A stretch of 64,000 bases of DNA, taken from an uncultured bacterium. GTDB lineage: Bacteria > Actinomycetota > Actinomycetes > S36-B12. The notes under the pieces were generated by a model. It ran no database searches. It saw only the letters and a list, made by a program, of their open reading frames with translations, and was not told the DNA's origin. The position numbers were made by a program, and so were the translations under genes. The stretch is from assembly GCA_963793105.1 (NCBI GenBank), contig CAWBZB010000004.1, forward strand, positions 156,210 through 220,209, read 5' to 3'. Positions within the stretch are counted from its first letter, which is position 1. Every line of letters starts with the position of its first letter. Below, in pieces: positions 35,398 through 44,344 of this stretch.

Positions 35398-37479
35398 ATG
35401 AGCAGCCAGCGCTCGCTTCGCGCGATCTTCGAGCCACGCCGGGTGGCTGTCGTCGGGGCGTCGGAGCGGGCAGGCAGCCCCGGTGCCGTGATCTGGGGCA
35501 ACCTCGCACAGTTCCCGGGCGAGGTGGTGCCCGTCAGCCGCACGTCACAGACCGTCGACGGCCGACTCGCGTACGCGTCCCTGCGGGCAGTACCCGGCAC
35601 GATCGACCTCGCCGTGGTCGCGGTGCCCGCTGCGGCGGCGCTGCAGGTGGTGGAGGACGCCGTGGCCGCCGGAGTGCGAGCCATCGTGCTCGTGAGCGCC
35701 GGCTTTGCAGAGGCGGGCCCGGCCGGCGTCATCCTGCAGGACGAGATCGTTCGCACGGCGCGCGCGGGTGGCGTCCTCCTGGTCGGTCCCAACTGCCTGG
35801 GCGTGCAGAACTGCGACGTGCCGCTGAACGCCTCGCTCGCCTCTGGCATGACCGGTGGCCGCGGTGGCATCAGCCTCATCACGCAGTCCGGCTCCTACGC
35901 GATGGCCGTTCATGCGATGTCCTCGGAAGAGGGTCTGGGTTTCGCCATCGCCTACTCGTCGGGCAACCGGGCCGATATCGACGATGCGGAGGTCCTCGAC
36001 TACCTGCGGGAACACGACCGCACCGATGTGGTCTGCGTGTTCACGGAGTCGTTGGGAGATGGACGCGCCTTCCTCGATGCCGCCCGTCGGACGACGTGCG
36101 CGAAGCCCGTCATCGTCGCTGCGGTCGGGAGGTCCGAAGCTGGGGCGCGCGCTGCCGCGTCGCACACCGCCGCCCTGGCCGCGGACCGGCGCGCGTGGAA
36201 CGACCTCCTTCGCGGCGCGGGTATCACCGTCGCGAGTTCGGGGATCGAGATGCTCGATGCGGCGCGAGTGCTTCAGGACCAGGCGCCGCCAACTGGGCGC
36301 CGGGCCGCGATCATCACCAACTCCGGCGGCACGGGAACGGAACTGGCCGATCTCCTGGCGGACGAGGGAGTGGTCCTCCCGGAGTTGTCCGTGGGCCTGC
36401 GGGCCAGACTCGCCGAACTGCTGCCGGACTATGCGAGTACCTCGAACCCAGTGGACATCACTCCTGTCTGGTCGCGCTTCGCTGAGATCTATCCGGCCGT
36501 GCTCGATGTTCTCGCGAGGTCCGGCGAGGTGGATCTCGTGGTGCCGGTTCTCCTGCACCGATCCGCGGAGGATGCTGGCGTCGCGGAAGGAATCGTGCGC
36601 ACGTTCGAGTCACTGCGCAGGGATGGCGTTTCGGTACCGGTGTACGTGTGCTGGGTCGCCCGGCGATCAGCGTGGGGCATTGCCGCTTCAATGCAGCGCG
36701 CCGGAATCCCCTGCCTGGAGTGGCCGCCGCGCGCCGCCCGGGCGATCGGGCATGCGGTCCGCTACGGGGACTTCCGGCGCAGGACGCAGAGTGAGCCGCC
36801 CGAGCGGGCAGCCGTCCCCCAGCGCTCCCTGCCGCAATCCGTCGGAGTCGACGCGGAGTCGACCTACACGTTCCTGACCGAGAACGGGATTCCGATCGTC
36901 GAGACGATCTTCGTCGCGGATTCGGCTGCGGCGGTGGCTGCCGCGCGACGTGTCGGCTACCCGGTGGCTCTCAAGGTCGATCATCCGGATCTCTCGCACA
37001 AGAGCGATGTCGGCGGCGTTCGCCTCGACCTCGCGAACGACGCTGCGGTCAGCGACGCGGCGTCGGCGCTCCTCGCCGTCGCGCCCGCTACCCGACTCGT
37101 GGTGCAGCCCATGTCGACTGGGGTGGAGGTGGTGATCGGGGGCATTCGCGAGCCGACCTTCGGGCCGGTCGTCGTGTTCGGGCTCGGCGGTGTGCTGGTG
37201 GAGCTCATCGCCGATGTCCGCTTCGCCGCCGCTCCGCTCACGACGTCTGAGTCCGCGAGTCTGGTGAGGGCGCCGAGGGGCGCCGCGATCCTCGCAGGAG
37301 TACGTGGGAGATCGCCCACAGACCTGGGGGCCCTGGCCGCGACGGCGCGCGCGGTGGGTGACCTCATGGCCGCGTACCCGGAGCTGCTTGAGTTGGACCT
37401 CAATCCCGTCCTCGCCGGGCAGGAAACATGCACTGCCGTGGACTTCCGGGCGGTCGTAGTCCGCGCGAACCAAGCCTGA
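35398..37479 (+). CDS. ADP-forming acyl-CoA synthetase (acetate--CoA ligase family, fused alpha/beta)
   Basis: In ORF 35278..37479. ATG 35398 lies 1 nt after the upstream stop. CoA-binding N-terminus (RVAVVGASERAGSPG), succinyl-CoA-synthetase-like ligase domain and C-terminal ATP-grasp (GYPVALKV...SDVGGVRL). Confidence 0.8.
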   Translation: MSSQRSLRAIFEPRRVAVVGASERAGSPGAVIWGNLAQFPGEVVPVSRTSQTVDGRLAYASLRAVPGTIDLAVVAVPAAAALQVVEDAVAAGVRAIVLVSAGFAEAGPAGVILQDEIVRTARAGGVLLVGPNCLGVQNCDVPLNASLASGMTGGRGGISLITQSGSYAMAVHAMSSEEGLGFAIAYSSGNRADIDDAEVLDYLREHDRTDVVCVFTESLGDGRAFLDAARRTTCAKPVIVAAVGRSEAGARAAASHTAALAADRRAWNDLLRGAGITVASSGIEMLDAARVLQDQAPPTGRRAAIITNSGGTGTELADLLADEGVVLPELSVGLRARLAELLPDYASTSNPVDITPVWSRFAEIYPAVLDVLARSGEVDLVVPVLLHRSAEDAGVAEGIVRTFESLRRDGVSVPVYVCWVARRSAWGIAASMQRAGIPCLEWPPRAARAIGHAVRYGDFRRRTQSEPPERAAVPQRSLPQSVGVDAESTYTFLTENGIPIVETIFVADSAAAVAAARRVGYPVALKVDHPDLSHKSDVGGVRLDLANDAAVSDAASALLAVAPATRLVVQPMSTGVEVVIGGIREPTFGPVVVFGLGGVLVELIADVRFAAAPLTTSESASLVRAPRGAAILAGVRGRSPTDLGALAATARAVGDLMAAYPELLELDLNPVLAGQETCTAVDFRAVVVRANQA

Positions 37480-37633
37480 CCTCGTCCGCTGCTGTCAGCG
37501 AAACCACACATTTTCACCCTGCCGGGTCGGGGCTTGTCGCCACTTCTGGCCTTCGAGGGCGAGGCAGCCACGCCCGGACTGCACATACGTTTCTTGGACC
37601 ACGTTCCCGGAGTGGATCCCCTAAGGAGTCTCT

Positions 37634-38737
37634 ATGAAGGTTGGATCGAGCGACATCCTGCTGCCCACCACGATGGTCGGCAACTACCCGAACCCACGGT
37701 GGTACGACGGCCACGCGTTCGCCACGTACCCCAAGGGCGAGTTCGTCTACGACGCCATCAGTCGCGAGGCATACGAGGATGCCGTGGGCGCAATCGTCCA
37801 CGATCAGGAGTCGGCCGGACTCGACATCATCAGCGACGGCAAGGTCTACGGGGGCGACTCGCCGTACGGCCAGATCCTCTACCACTACATCGAGCGGATG
37901 TCCGGCTACAAAGCGTCGGGGCCCCCCATCGGGCTGCCCATCTACTCGACCCTGTACAGCCCGACGGCCGTGGGAGAGGTACGCCGCGAGCACCCGTTCC
38001 ATGGCGCCGCGCTGCGCGCGATGAAGAAGGCCACCAAGAAGCCGGTCAAGGTCTCCTACACCGGCATGCAGGTGCTGGCGGCCGCCAGCACGAACCAGTA
38101 CTACCCCGAGGTTCGCGACCTCGCGATCGCGATCGCGAAGGCCTTCAATGAGGACTTCAAGGAACTCGCCGACAACGGCTGCGACATCATTCAGATCGAC
38201 GAGTTCGTGTGGCCGTACGGAATGGGCGATTGGGAGATCGAGGTGTTCAACACCGCAGTCGAGGGTGTGGGATGTCAGATCTGGACCCATACCTGCTGGG
38301 GCAACTACTCCGGCACGCCAGGCTACTTCCCCGACGACGAGGAGACCGAGTTCGGCGCTTGGGTCCTCGACAAGCGGCCTGAGGACGCTCCCGCCCCCGA
38401 GCGGGCACTGGCCATCTTCCCGCACGTGAAGAACGCCAACATGACCGCACTCAATTACGAGGTGGGCCGGACCGGCGAGGATGACCTGAAGCCTCTCGTC
38501 GACAACAACTGGGACAAGGACTTCGTGGCGGGCATCATCGATGTCAAGAGCACGATCACGGAGACGGCGGACGAGGTTGCCGACCGCATCCGGATGGTCC
38601 TGAAGTACGTTCCCGCAGAGCGACTCGGTCTCAGCACGGACTGCGGTCTCATCAACCTGCCGCGCATGGTGGGCTACGGAAAGCTCCGCGCACTTGCGGA
38701 CGGTGCGGCGATCGTGCGCAAGGAACTGAACGCCTAG
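37634..38737 (+). CDS. etnE: epoxyalkane:coenzyme M transferase (MetE-C-terminal-domain zinc alkyltransferase)
   Basis: ORF 37634..38737 (367 aa). ATG follows taaggag. MetE-like barrel with Zn-ligand motifs H-x-C (IWTHTCWGN) and C (LSTDCGL). Size and N-terminus (MKVGSSDILLPTTMVGNYPNPRW) fit EaCoMT, and the context holds CoM genes. Confidence 0.8.
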   Translation: MKVGSSDILLPTTMVGNYPNPRWYDGHAFATYPKGEFVYDAISREAYEDAVGAIVHDQESAGLDIISDGKVYGGDSPYGQILYHYIERMSGYKASGPPIGLPIYSTLYSPTAVGEVRREHPFHGAALRAMKKATKKPVKVSYTGMQVLAAASTNQYYPEVRDLAIAIAKAFNEDFKELADNGCDIIQIDEFVWPYGMGDWEIEVFNTAVEGVGCQIWTHTCWGNYSGTPGYFPDDEETEFGAWVLDKRPEDAPAPERALAIFPHVKNANMTALNYEVGRTGEDDLKPLVDNNWDKDFVAGIIDVKSTITETADEVADRIRMVLKYVPAERLGLSTDCGLINLPRMVGYGKLRALADGAAIVRKELNA

Positions 38738-38757
38738 TCGCAACGGCATCACCGTTT

Positions 38758-38799
38758 CGGCTGCGGCCCGAGGGACGTGTTCCCCTCGGGCCGCAGCCG
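38758..38799 (+). terminator. hairpin terminator after etnE
   Basis: cggctgcggcccgaggg (38758-38774), loop acgtgttc, ccctcgggccgcagccg (38783-38799). Perfect 17-bp stem followed by ttcctctttgc. Confidence 0.65.
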
Positions 38800-38993
38800 T
38801 TCCTCTTTGCATCGTGTCCGACATGCCCGAGGAAGCGGCCCGCAGCAGAGCGGCCTGGGGGCAGGCAGGCGACATGACCCACGGGGGTGGACGTGGTCCA
38901 CTCAATTCGGGCGGTACCTCAGCCATCCGCGGTCATAGGTCACGATCCAGCGAGGCACAGATCACCCCCGCTCCGAAGGTCGCTAGTGACATT

Positions 38994-39030
38994 CGACTGG
39001 GCTCCACCCCCGCGGGGTGGAGCCCAGTCG
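38994..39030 (-). terminator. hairpin terminator after nrdJ
   Basis: cgactgggctccacccc / ggggtggagcccagtcg: perfect 17-bp stem with a 3-nt loop, 46 nt past the nrdJ stop at 39076. Confidence 0.55.
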
Positions 39031-39075
39031 GCGAATGCAGCGTGCCTTTCCTACGTGATCGCGTACATGTCTACA

Positions 39076-41934
39076 TCAGCTGCAGCCGGACGTGCTCCCG
39101 CAGCCTTCGCACACGTAGCAGGAGCCGGCCGGGCGCATCTTGATCCCGCAGGTCATGCACAGCGGGGCATCGGACGCCGTACCGGTGATCTCCTCGAGCA
39201 GTTCGGCGCTGGAGTGCGCGTGGCTGACGTGCTTGGCAGGTGCCTTCGGGGGCTCCGGAGTCGCCTCCGCCGCAGCCTCATCGCCGGCGTCTCCGATGAC
39301 CACGTCCAGATCCGCCGACGCGGCCGGCACCGGTCCGCCATAGGACGCCGCGACCGTCGCCGCACGCTCGTCGGCGGTGAAGATCCCCAGCGCCTCACGC
39401 TTCTCGTACGGCAGGTAGTCCAGCGCCAGGCGGCGGAAGATGTAGTCCATGATCGACTGCGAGATCCGGATGTCCGGGTCGTCGGTCATGCCTGCCGGCT
39501 CGAACCGCATGTTCACGAACTTGCTGACGAACGCCTCCAGCGGCACGCCGTACTGCAGCGCGATACTGATGGCGATCGAGAACGCGTCCATCACGCCGGC
39601 CAGGGTCGAGCCCTGCTTGCCCAGCTTGAGGAACACCTCACCGAGCCCGTTGTCGGGGTAGGACCCGGCCGTCATGTAGCCCTCGGCACCCGCGACGGAG
39701 AAGCTCGTCGTGACGCTCGGCCGGCTCTTCGGCAGTCTCCTGCGCACCGGCTGTGCGGCCAGTGCCGCCGAGACGGCCTCGGCGGTCGCGTCGACGATCT
39801 CGTCGACCTTCTTCGCCTTCGCATCGCTGAGCGGCTGACCCACCTTGCAGTTGTCGCGGTAGATCGCCAGGGCCTTGATGCCCATCTTCCAGCCCTGGAA
39901 GTAGATCTCCTCGACCTCCTCGACGGTCGCCGACTCCGGCATGTTGACCGTCTTGGAGATCGCGCCGGAGATGAACGGCTGGACGGCCGCCATCATCCGG
40001 ACATGGCCCATCGGGGTGATCGAGCGCGTCCCCATGGCCGTGTCGAAGATCTCGTAGTGCTCGGTCCGCAGACCGGGCGCGTCCACGACGTGCCCGTGCT
40101 CGCCGATGTACTCGACGATCGCCTCGACGGTCTCCTCGGTGTAGCCCAGGCGGCGCAGCGCCCGCGGGATCGTCTGGTTGACGATCTGCATCGAGCCGCC
40201 GCCGACCAGCTTCTTGAACTTCACCAGGGAGAAGTCCGGCTCGATTCCCGTGGTGTCGCAGTCCATCATGAAGCCGATGGTGCCCGTGGGCGCCAAGACG
40301 GAGGCCTGCGCGTTGCGCCAGCCGTTCGCGTCGCCGATCCGCAGGCATTCCTCCCAGACCTTGTTGGCGACCTTCTGCACATCGCCATCCAGGCTGGACA
40401 TCGTGCGGACGTTGTCATTCGCGGCGGCGTGCTTGCGCATCACGCGCTTGTGGGCGTCGATGTTGCGGGCGTAGCCCTCGTACGGGCCCACGATGCCGGC
40501 CAGCTCGGCACTGCGCTTGTACGCGGTGCCGGTCATCAGGCTGGTGATGGACGCCGCGAACGACCGTCCGGCATCGGAGTCGTAGGGAAGGCCGGTCGCC
40601 ATGAGCAGGGCACCGAGATTGGCGTAGCCGATGCCCAGCTGCCGGTAGCGGCGGGTGGTGTCGCCGATCGGGGCCGTCGGGAAGTCCGCGAAGCAGATCG
40701 AGATGTCCATCGCCGTGATCACGAACTCGACGGCGCGGGCGAAGCGCTCCGCATCGAACGTGTCGTCGTCCTTCAGGAAGGTCAGCAGGTTCAGGCTGGC
40801 CAGGTTGCAGGACGAGTTGTCCAGGCTCATGTACTCCGAGCACGGGTTGGACGCGTTGATGCGCCCGGTCTCGGGGTTGGTGTGCCAGTCGTTGATGGTG
40901 TCGTCGTACTGGATGCCCGGATCGGCGCAGGCCCAGGCGGCCTCGGACATCGTGCGGAAGAGCGCCTTGGCATCGATCGTCTCGACGACCGAACCGTCGA
41001 TCCTGGCCGTGAGGCCGAACGGCTCGTTGTTCTCCACCGCGTGCATGAACAGGTCTGAGACCCGCACGGAGTTGTTCGCGTTCTGGTACTGAACCGAGGT
41101 GATGTCCTTGCCGCCGAGGTCCATGTCGTAGCCGGCGTCACGCAGGACGCGGATCTTGTCCTCCTCGCGCACCTTGGTCTCGATGAACTCCTCGATGTCG
41201 GGGTGGTCGACGTCGAGGACGACCATCTTCGCCGCGCGCCGCGTGGCGCCACCGGACTTGATGGTGCCGGCCGAGGCGTCGGCTCCCCGCATGAAGGAGA
41301 CCGGTCCCGAGGCCGTGCCGCCGGACGACTTGAGGAGCTCCTTGCTCGAACGGATGCGCGAGAGGTTCAGGCCGGCACCGGAGCCGCCCTTGAAGATCAG
41401 GCCCTCCTCCTTGTACCAGTTCAGGATCGAGTCCATCGTGTCGTCGACGGACAGGATGAAGCAGGCGCTCACCTGCTGCGGCGAGACCGTGCCCACGTTG
41501 AACCACACCGGCGAGTTGAAGCTGAACACCTGGTGCAGCAGCATGTGGGTCAGCTCGTGCTCGAAGACGATCGCGTCGTCCTCGGTCGCGAAGTAGCCGT
41601 TCTCTCGCCCGGCCTTCACGTAGGTGAGCACCACCCGGTCGATGAGCTGGCGCAGGCTCCACTCGCGCTCCTCGCTGCCCACCGCGCCGCGGAAGTACTT
41701 CGTCGTGACGATGGTGGAGGCGTTGACGCTCCAGAAGTCCGGGAACTCGACGCCGCGCTGCTCGAAGACGATCTCGCCGCTCTTCCAGTTGGTCTGGACG
41801 ACGTCGCGTCGCTCCCACGTCACCGCGTCATAGGGGTGCACCCCCTCGGTGGTGTAGAGCCGCTCGATGGTCAGACCCGGGTTCTGCAGCGTGTTGTGCA
41901 CGAAGACCTCGGTGTCATTGCTGGTAATGGTCAT
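39076..41934 (-). CDS. nrdJ: adenosylcobalamin-dependent (class II) ribonucleotide reductase
   Basis: ORF 39076..41934 (952 aa). Characteristic N-terminus (RLYTTEGVHPYD...TWERRD), the SNPCSEY active-site region, and a C-terminal Cys-rich tail CMTCGIKMRPAGSCYVCEGCGSTSGCS. Immediately downstream of nrdR. Confidence 0.92.
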   Translation of the reverse strand: MTITSNDTEVFVHNTLQNPGLTIERLYTTEGVHPYDAVTWERRDVVQTNWKSGEIVFEQRGVEFPDFWSVNASTIVTTKYFRGAVGSEEREWSLRQLIDRVVLTYVKAGRENGYFATEDDAIVFEHELTHMLLHQVFSFNSPVWFNVGTVSPQQVSACFILSVDDTMDSILNWYKEEGLIFKGGSGAGLNLSRIRSSKELLKSSGGTASGPVSFMRGADASAGTIKSGGATRRAAKMVVLDVDHPDIEEFIETKVREEDKIRVLRDAGYDMDLGGKDITSVQYQNANNSVRVSDLFMHAVENNEPFGLTARIDGSVVETIDAKALFRTMSEAAWACADPGIQYDDTINDWHTNPETGRINASNPCSEYMSLDNSSCNLASLNLLTFLKDDDTFDAERFARAVEFVITAMDISICFADFPTAPIGDTTRRYRQLGIGYANLGALLMATGLPYDSDAGRSFAASITSLMTGTAYKRSAELAGIVGPYEGYARNIDAHKRVMRKHAAANDNVRTMSSLDGDVQKVANKVWEECLRIGDANGWRNAQASVLAPTGTIGFMMDCDTTGIEPDFSLVKFKKLVGGGSMQIVNQTIPRALRRLGYTEETVEAIVEYIGEHGHVVDAPGLRTEHYEIFDTAMGTRSITPMGHVRMMAAVQPFISGAISKTVNMPESATVEEVEEIYFQGWKMGIKALAIYRDNCKVGQPLSDAKAKKVDEIVDATAEAVSAALAAQPVRRRLPKSRPSVTTSFSVAGAEGYMTAGSYPDNGLGEVFLKLGKQGSTLAGVMDAFSIAISIALQYGVPLEAFVSKFVNMRFEPAGMTDDPDIRISQSIMDYIFRRLALDYLPYEKREALGIFTADERAATVAASYGGPVPAASADLDVVIGDAGDEAAAEATPEPPKAPAKHVSHAHSSAELLEEITGTASDAPLCMTCGIKMRPAGSCYVCEGCGSTSGCS

Positions 41935-41962
41935 GCGTGGAGCCTTTCTTCCTCGCGAGCGG

Positions 41963-42490
41963 TCACTGGTTTTGGGAAGTCGTGGTGGTGCGGGGTGCAG
42001 TGGTGCTGGGTGCCGTGGTCATCGCGGGCTCCTCGCCCACGGGATCGCCCTCGGCACGCAGGAGGGCGATCTCGGCCTCGAAGTCGTCGAGGGTGTCGAA
42101 CGATCGGTAGACGGACGCGAAGCGCAGGTACGCGACCTCGTCGAGCTCGCGCAGGGGGCCGAGGATCGCCAGGCCGACCTCCATCGCGGGGATCTCCGCG
42201 CTGCCGGTGGCCCGGAGGATGTCCTCGACCTGCTGGGCGAGCCGCGCGAGATCGTCCTCGCTCACCGGACGCCCTTGACAGGCCTTGCGCACCCCACTGA
42301 CGACCTTCGCGCGGCTGAACGGCTCGGTGGTGCCCGAACGCTTGGCCACGAACAGCATGGCTGTCTCCGCCGTGGTGAAGCGCCGGCCGCACTCCGCGCA
42401 CTCGCGACGGCGTCGAATGGCCAGACCGTCGTCGATGACCCGGGAGTCCACCACGCGGGAGTCGTCGGCCTTGCAGAACGGGCAGCGCAT
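41963..42490 (-). CDS. nrdR: transcriptional repressor NrdR
   Basis: ORF 41963..42490. Zn-ribbon MRCPFCK...[10 protein letters not shown] followed by an ATP-cone. Confidence 0.95.
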   Translation of the reverse strand: MRCPFCKADDSRVVDSRVIDDGLAIRRRRECAECGRRFTTAETAMLFVAKRSGTTEPFSRAKVVSGVRKACQGRPVSEDDLARLAQQVEDILRATGSAEIPAMEVGLAILGPLRELDEVAYLRFASVYRSFDTLDDFEAEIALLRAEGDPVGEEPAMTTAPSTTAPRTTTTSQNQ

Positions 42491-42600
42491 CTGGTGTACC
42501 CCCTTCCTCTCTCGTTAACTCTCGTCACATCGGTAACGCGACTTCGGCCCTGGCTGGGGATTCTCTGGGGATTCCCTGTGGAGGACCTGTTGATGACTAA

Positions 42601-42648
42601 CCACAACCTGTGGATGAATCACATGGTTGTGACTACTACATCTAGGGG
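42601..42648 (-). promoter_or_regulatory. candidate tandem NrdR boxes upstream of nrdR-nrdJ
   Basis: Sense-strand 16-mers ccCCTAgATgTAGtag (42633-42648) and the box at 42601-16 around the palindrome ccaca-acc-tgtgg partly match acaCwAtATaTwGtgt. Their centres are 32 bp apart, the usual tandem spacing. A third palindrome, tcaca-tggt-tgtga, lies at 42619-42632. Confidence 0.45.
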
Positions 42649-42721
42649 TAGCAACGTAGCGGTTCAACAACCCCTTGGCAAGGGATATTTCCCGGCGAGT
42701 CGGGACCGAATCCGGCGCCGC

Positions 42722-43855
42722 TCAGCCCGCAGTCGTCAGCGTGGGGGTCGGCGAGGGCGTCCGTGTGGGCGTCGGCGCGGCTGACGGGGTAGGACCCGGG
42801 ACGCCTGACGTCGGACCCGAGGTGACGGACGGCGTGGGCATGGGGGACGTGGGCATCGGGGTCGCGGACGGGGTCGGCACCGGACGCGCCCTGCCCAGCT
42901 TGTCGAGGGCGGCCACGACGGTCTTCGCCCTCAGCCGGTAGCCGTACGAGCCGTAGTGAATACCGTCGAACCGACCGGCATTCGCGCCGCGCGCGACCCG
43001 CCGCCACGGCAGCACGGTCACGTTCGCGTGCTTCGCGGCCACCTGGCGGATCATCCCGTTGAACCACAGGGCGCGGGATCGCGAGTACGAGCTGTAGTCG
43101 ACATCGAGGTCCACCCACAGCACCTGTCGCTTCGGACCGATGACGTCCAGCAGGAGGTGCACCCGCCTCAGCGTCGTCGCAGGCGTCTCCCACGAGACGT
43201 CGTTGGTGCCCAGGGCCACGACGACGTACGCAGGCAGCTGCCCCAGGGACTTGGCTCGCCGGACCTGGGCGATCCCCCAGTCCAGGCGCTTGGAGCCCCA
43301 GCAGCGGAAGGTGGGCGTCCAGCCGCTGGCTCGCATGGACCTGGCGGTGAATCGGCGCGAGTCCCTCGTCAGCGAGTCCCCGACCACCAGCACCCGGCGA
43401 CCCCCACCCGGCGACCCGGTACTGGTCTCCCCCGGCCACACGGGCGCAGGGCAGGCGTCCCACGGCGGGTTCTTCGGCCATCGACGGTCCACCCGGTCCG
43501 CGGGAGGCCGAGCCGGCACCGAGCTGGCGGGCGTCGGACTGGGTGGGGTCGTCGGCAACGGTTCGTCGGAGGGCGGGACCGAGGTCGAGGTGGTGGGCGA
43601 AGGCAGGGGCGGCAGGGGCAACGACGGCGATGACTCCGCGTCGCTGAGCTCGGGCGTACCCCCACTCGCCGTCGTGGCGGTGATCGACGGTTCCGGCGAG
43701 GCGGTGGAATGCGGCCCCACGGTCGCGATCAGGATCACGCCCAGAACCGGAACGACGCCCCAGCGCAGCCACGTGGGAATCGGCGAACGTCGAGGCACGG
43801 ACCCAGTATGCGTTCCCGCGGTCCGCCGTCCAGTCCACGGGTCAGGAACCGGCAC
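42722..43855 (-). CDS. membrane-anchored SGNH/GDSL-family hydrolase with Pro/Ser/Thr-rich linkers
   Basis: ORF 42722..43855. N-terminal TM helix, PST-rich linker, GDS block VLVVGDSLT, GTND block, and a C-terminal PT-rich tail. Confidence 0.75.
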   Translation of the reverse strand: MPVPDPWTGRRTAGTHTGSVPRRSPIPTWLRWGVVPVLGVILIATVGPHSTASPEPSITATTASGGTPELSDAESSPSLPLPPLPSPTTSTSVPPSDEPLPTTPPSPTPASSVPARPPADRVDRRWPKNPPWDACPAPVWPGETSTGSPGGGRRVLVVGDSLTRDSRRFTARSMRASGWTPTFRCWGSKRLDWGIAQVRRAKSLGQLPAYVVVALGTNDVSWETPATTLRRVHLLLDVIGPKRQVLWVDLDVDYSSYSRSRALWFNGMIRQVAAKHANVTVLPWRRVARGANAGRFDGIHYGSYGYRLRAKTVVAALDKLGRARPVPTPSATPMPTSPMPTPSVTSGPTSGVPGPTPSAAPTPTRTPSPTPTLTTAG

Positions 43856-44300
43856 CGCTCATGACCGGCACGATGATCGACTGGCCGGCCACCACTGTCG
43901 CGTCGCCAATGCCGTTCAGCTCCCGGATCGCCGTGAGCGTCTCCCGCGGATCGGCCTGCGGAGCCACTGCCTTGGCGATCTGCCAGAGGTTCTCCCCCGG
44001 TTGCACGACCACGACACCGGTCGCGCGACCCTGCTCCGCCAGCGAGGTGCCTGCGTCGGCACTCAGCCGGCCCGAGAAGAGGACCACCAGGAGGAGGAAC
44101 GCGGTGCTCAGCGCGGCCACGGCCAGACGTCCCCGCCTGGTCAGGTGCACTGCGTCACGACGACGGGCGACCGGACGGGCGCCGGGGCGCGTGGACCCCG
44201 TGGACCGCGCGGGCACTCGGCGCGCCCCGCGGGGAGCGGACCGGGCGGTCACCGGCCGTCGGGTGACATGAGCGGCGGGGAAGGGAGCCGCGATAGCCAT
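43842..44300 (-). CDS. LysM-domain protein, divergent from lexA
   Basis: In ORF 43842..44414. ATG 44300 (MAIAAPF). One TM helix, then a LysM domain (VVVQPGENLWQIAKAV...LNGIGDATVVAGQSIIVP). SOS boxes lie in its promoter. Confidence 0.75.
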   Translation of the reverse strand: MAIAAPFPAAHVTRRPVTARSAPRGARRVPARSTGSTRPGARPVARRRDAVHLTRRGRLAVAALSTAFLLLVVLFSGRLSADAGTSLAEQGRATGVVVVQPGENLWQIAKAVAPQADPRETLTAIRELNGIGDATVVAGQSIIVPVMSGAGS

Positions 44301-44344
44301 GATCGTGCCTTTCTGTCGGAGCCATCCCCACCGTGGCGGGGAAA

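Noticed and set aside
21224-38799. Calling the CoM island a recent horizontal acquisition on compositional grounds.
   Set aside because: - By eye, the GC content and codon bias match the flanks.
- No mobility genes or flanking repeats are seen.
- Horizontal origin may still be true, but it is not supported by this window alone.
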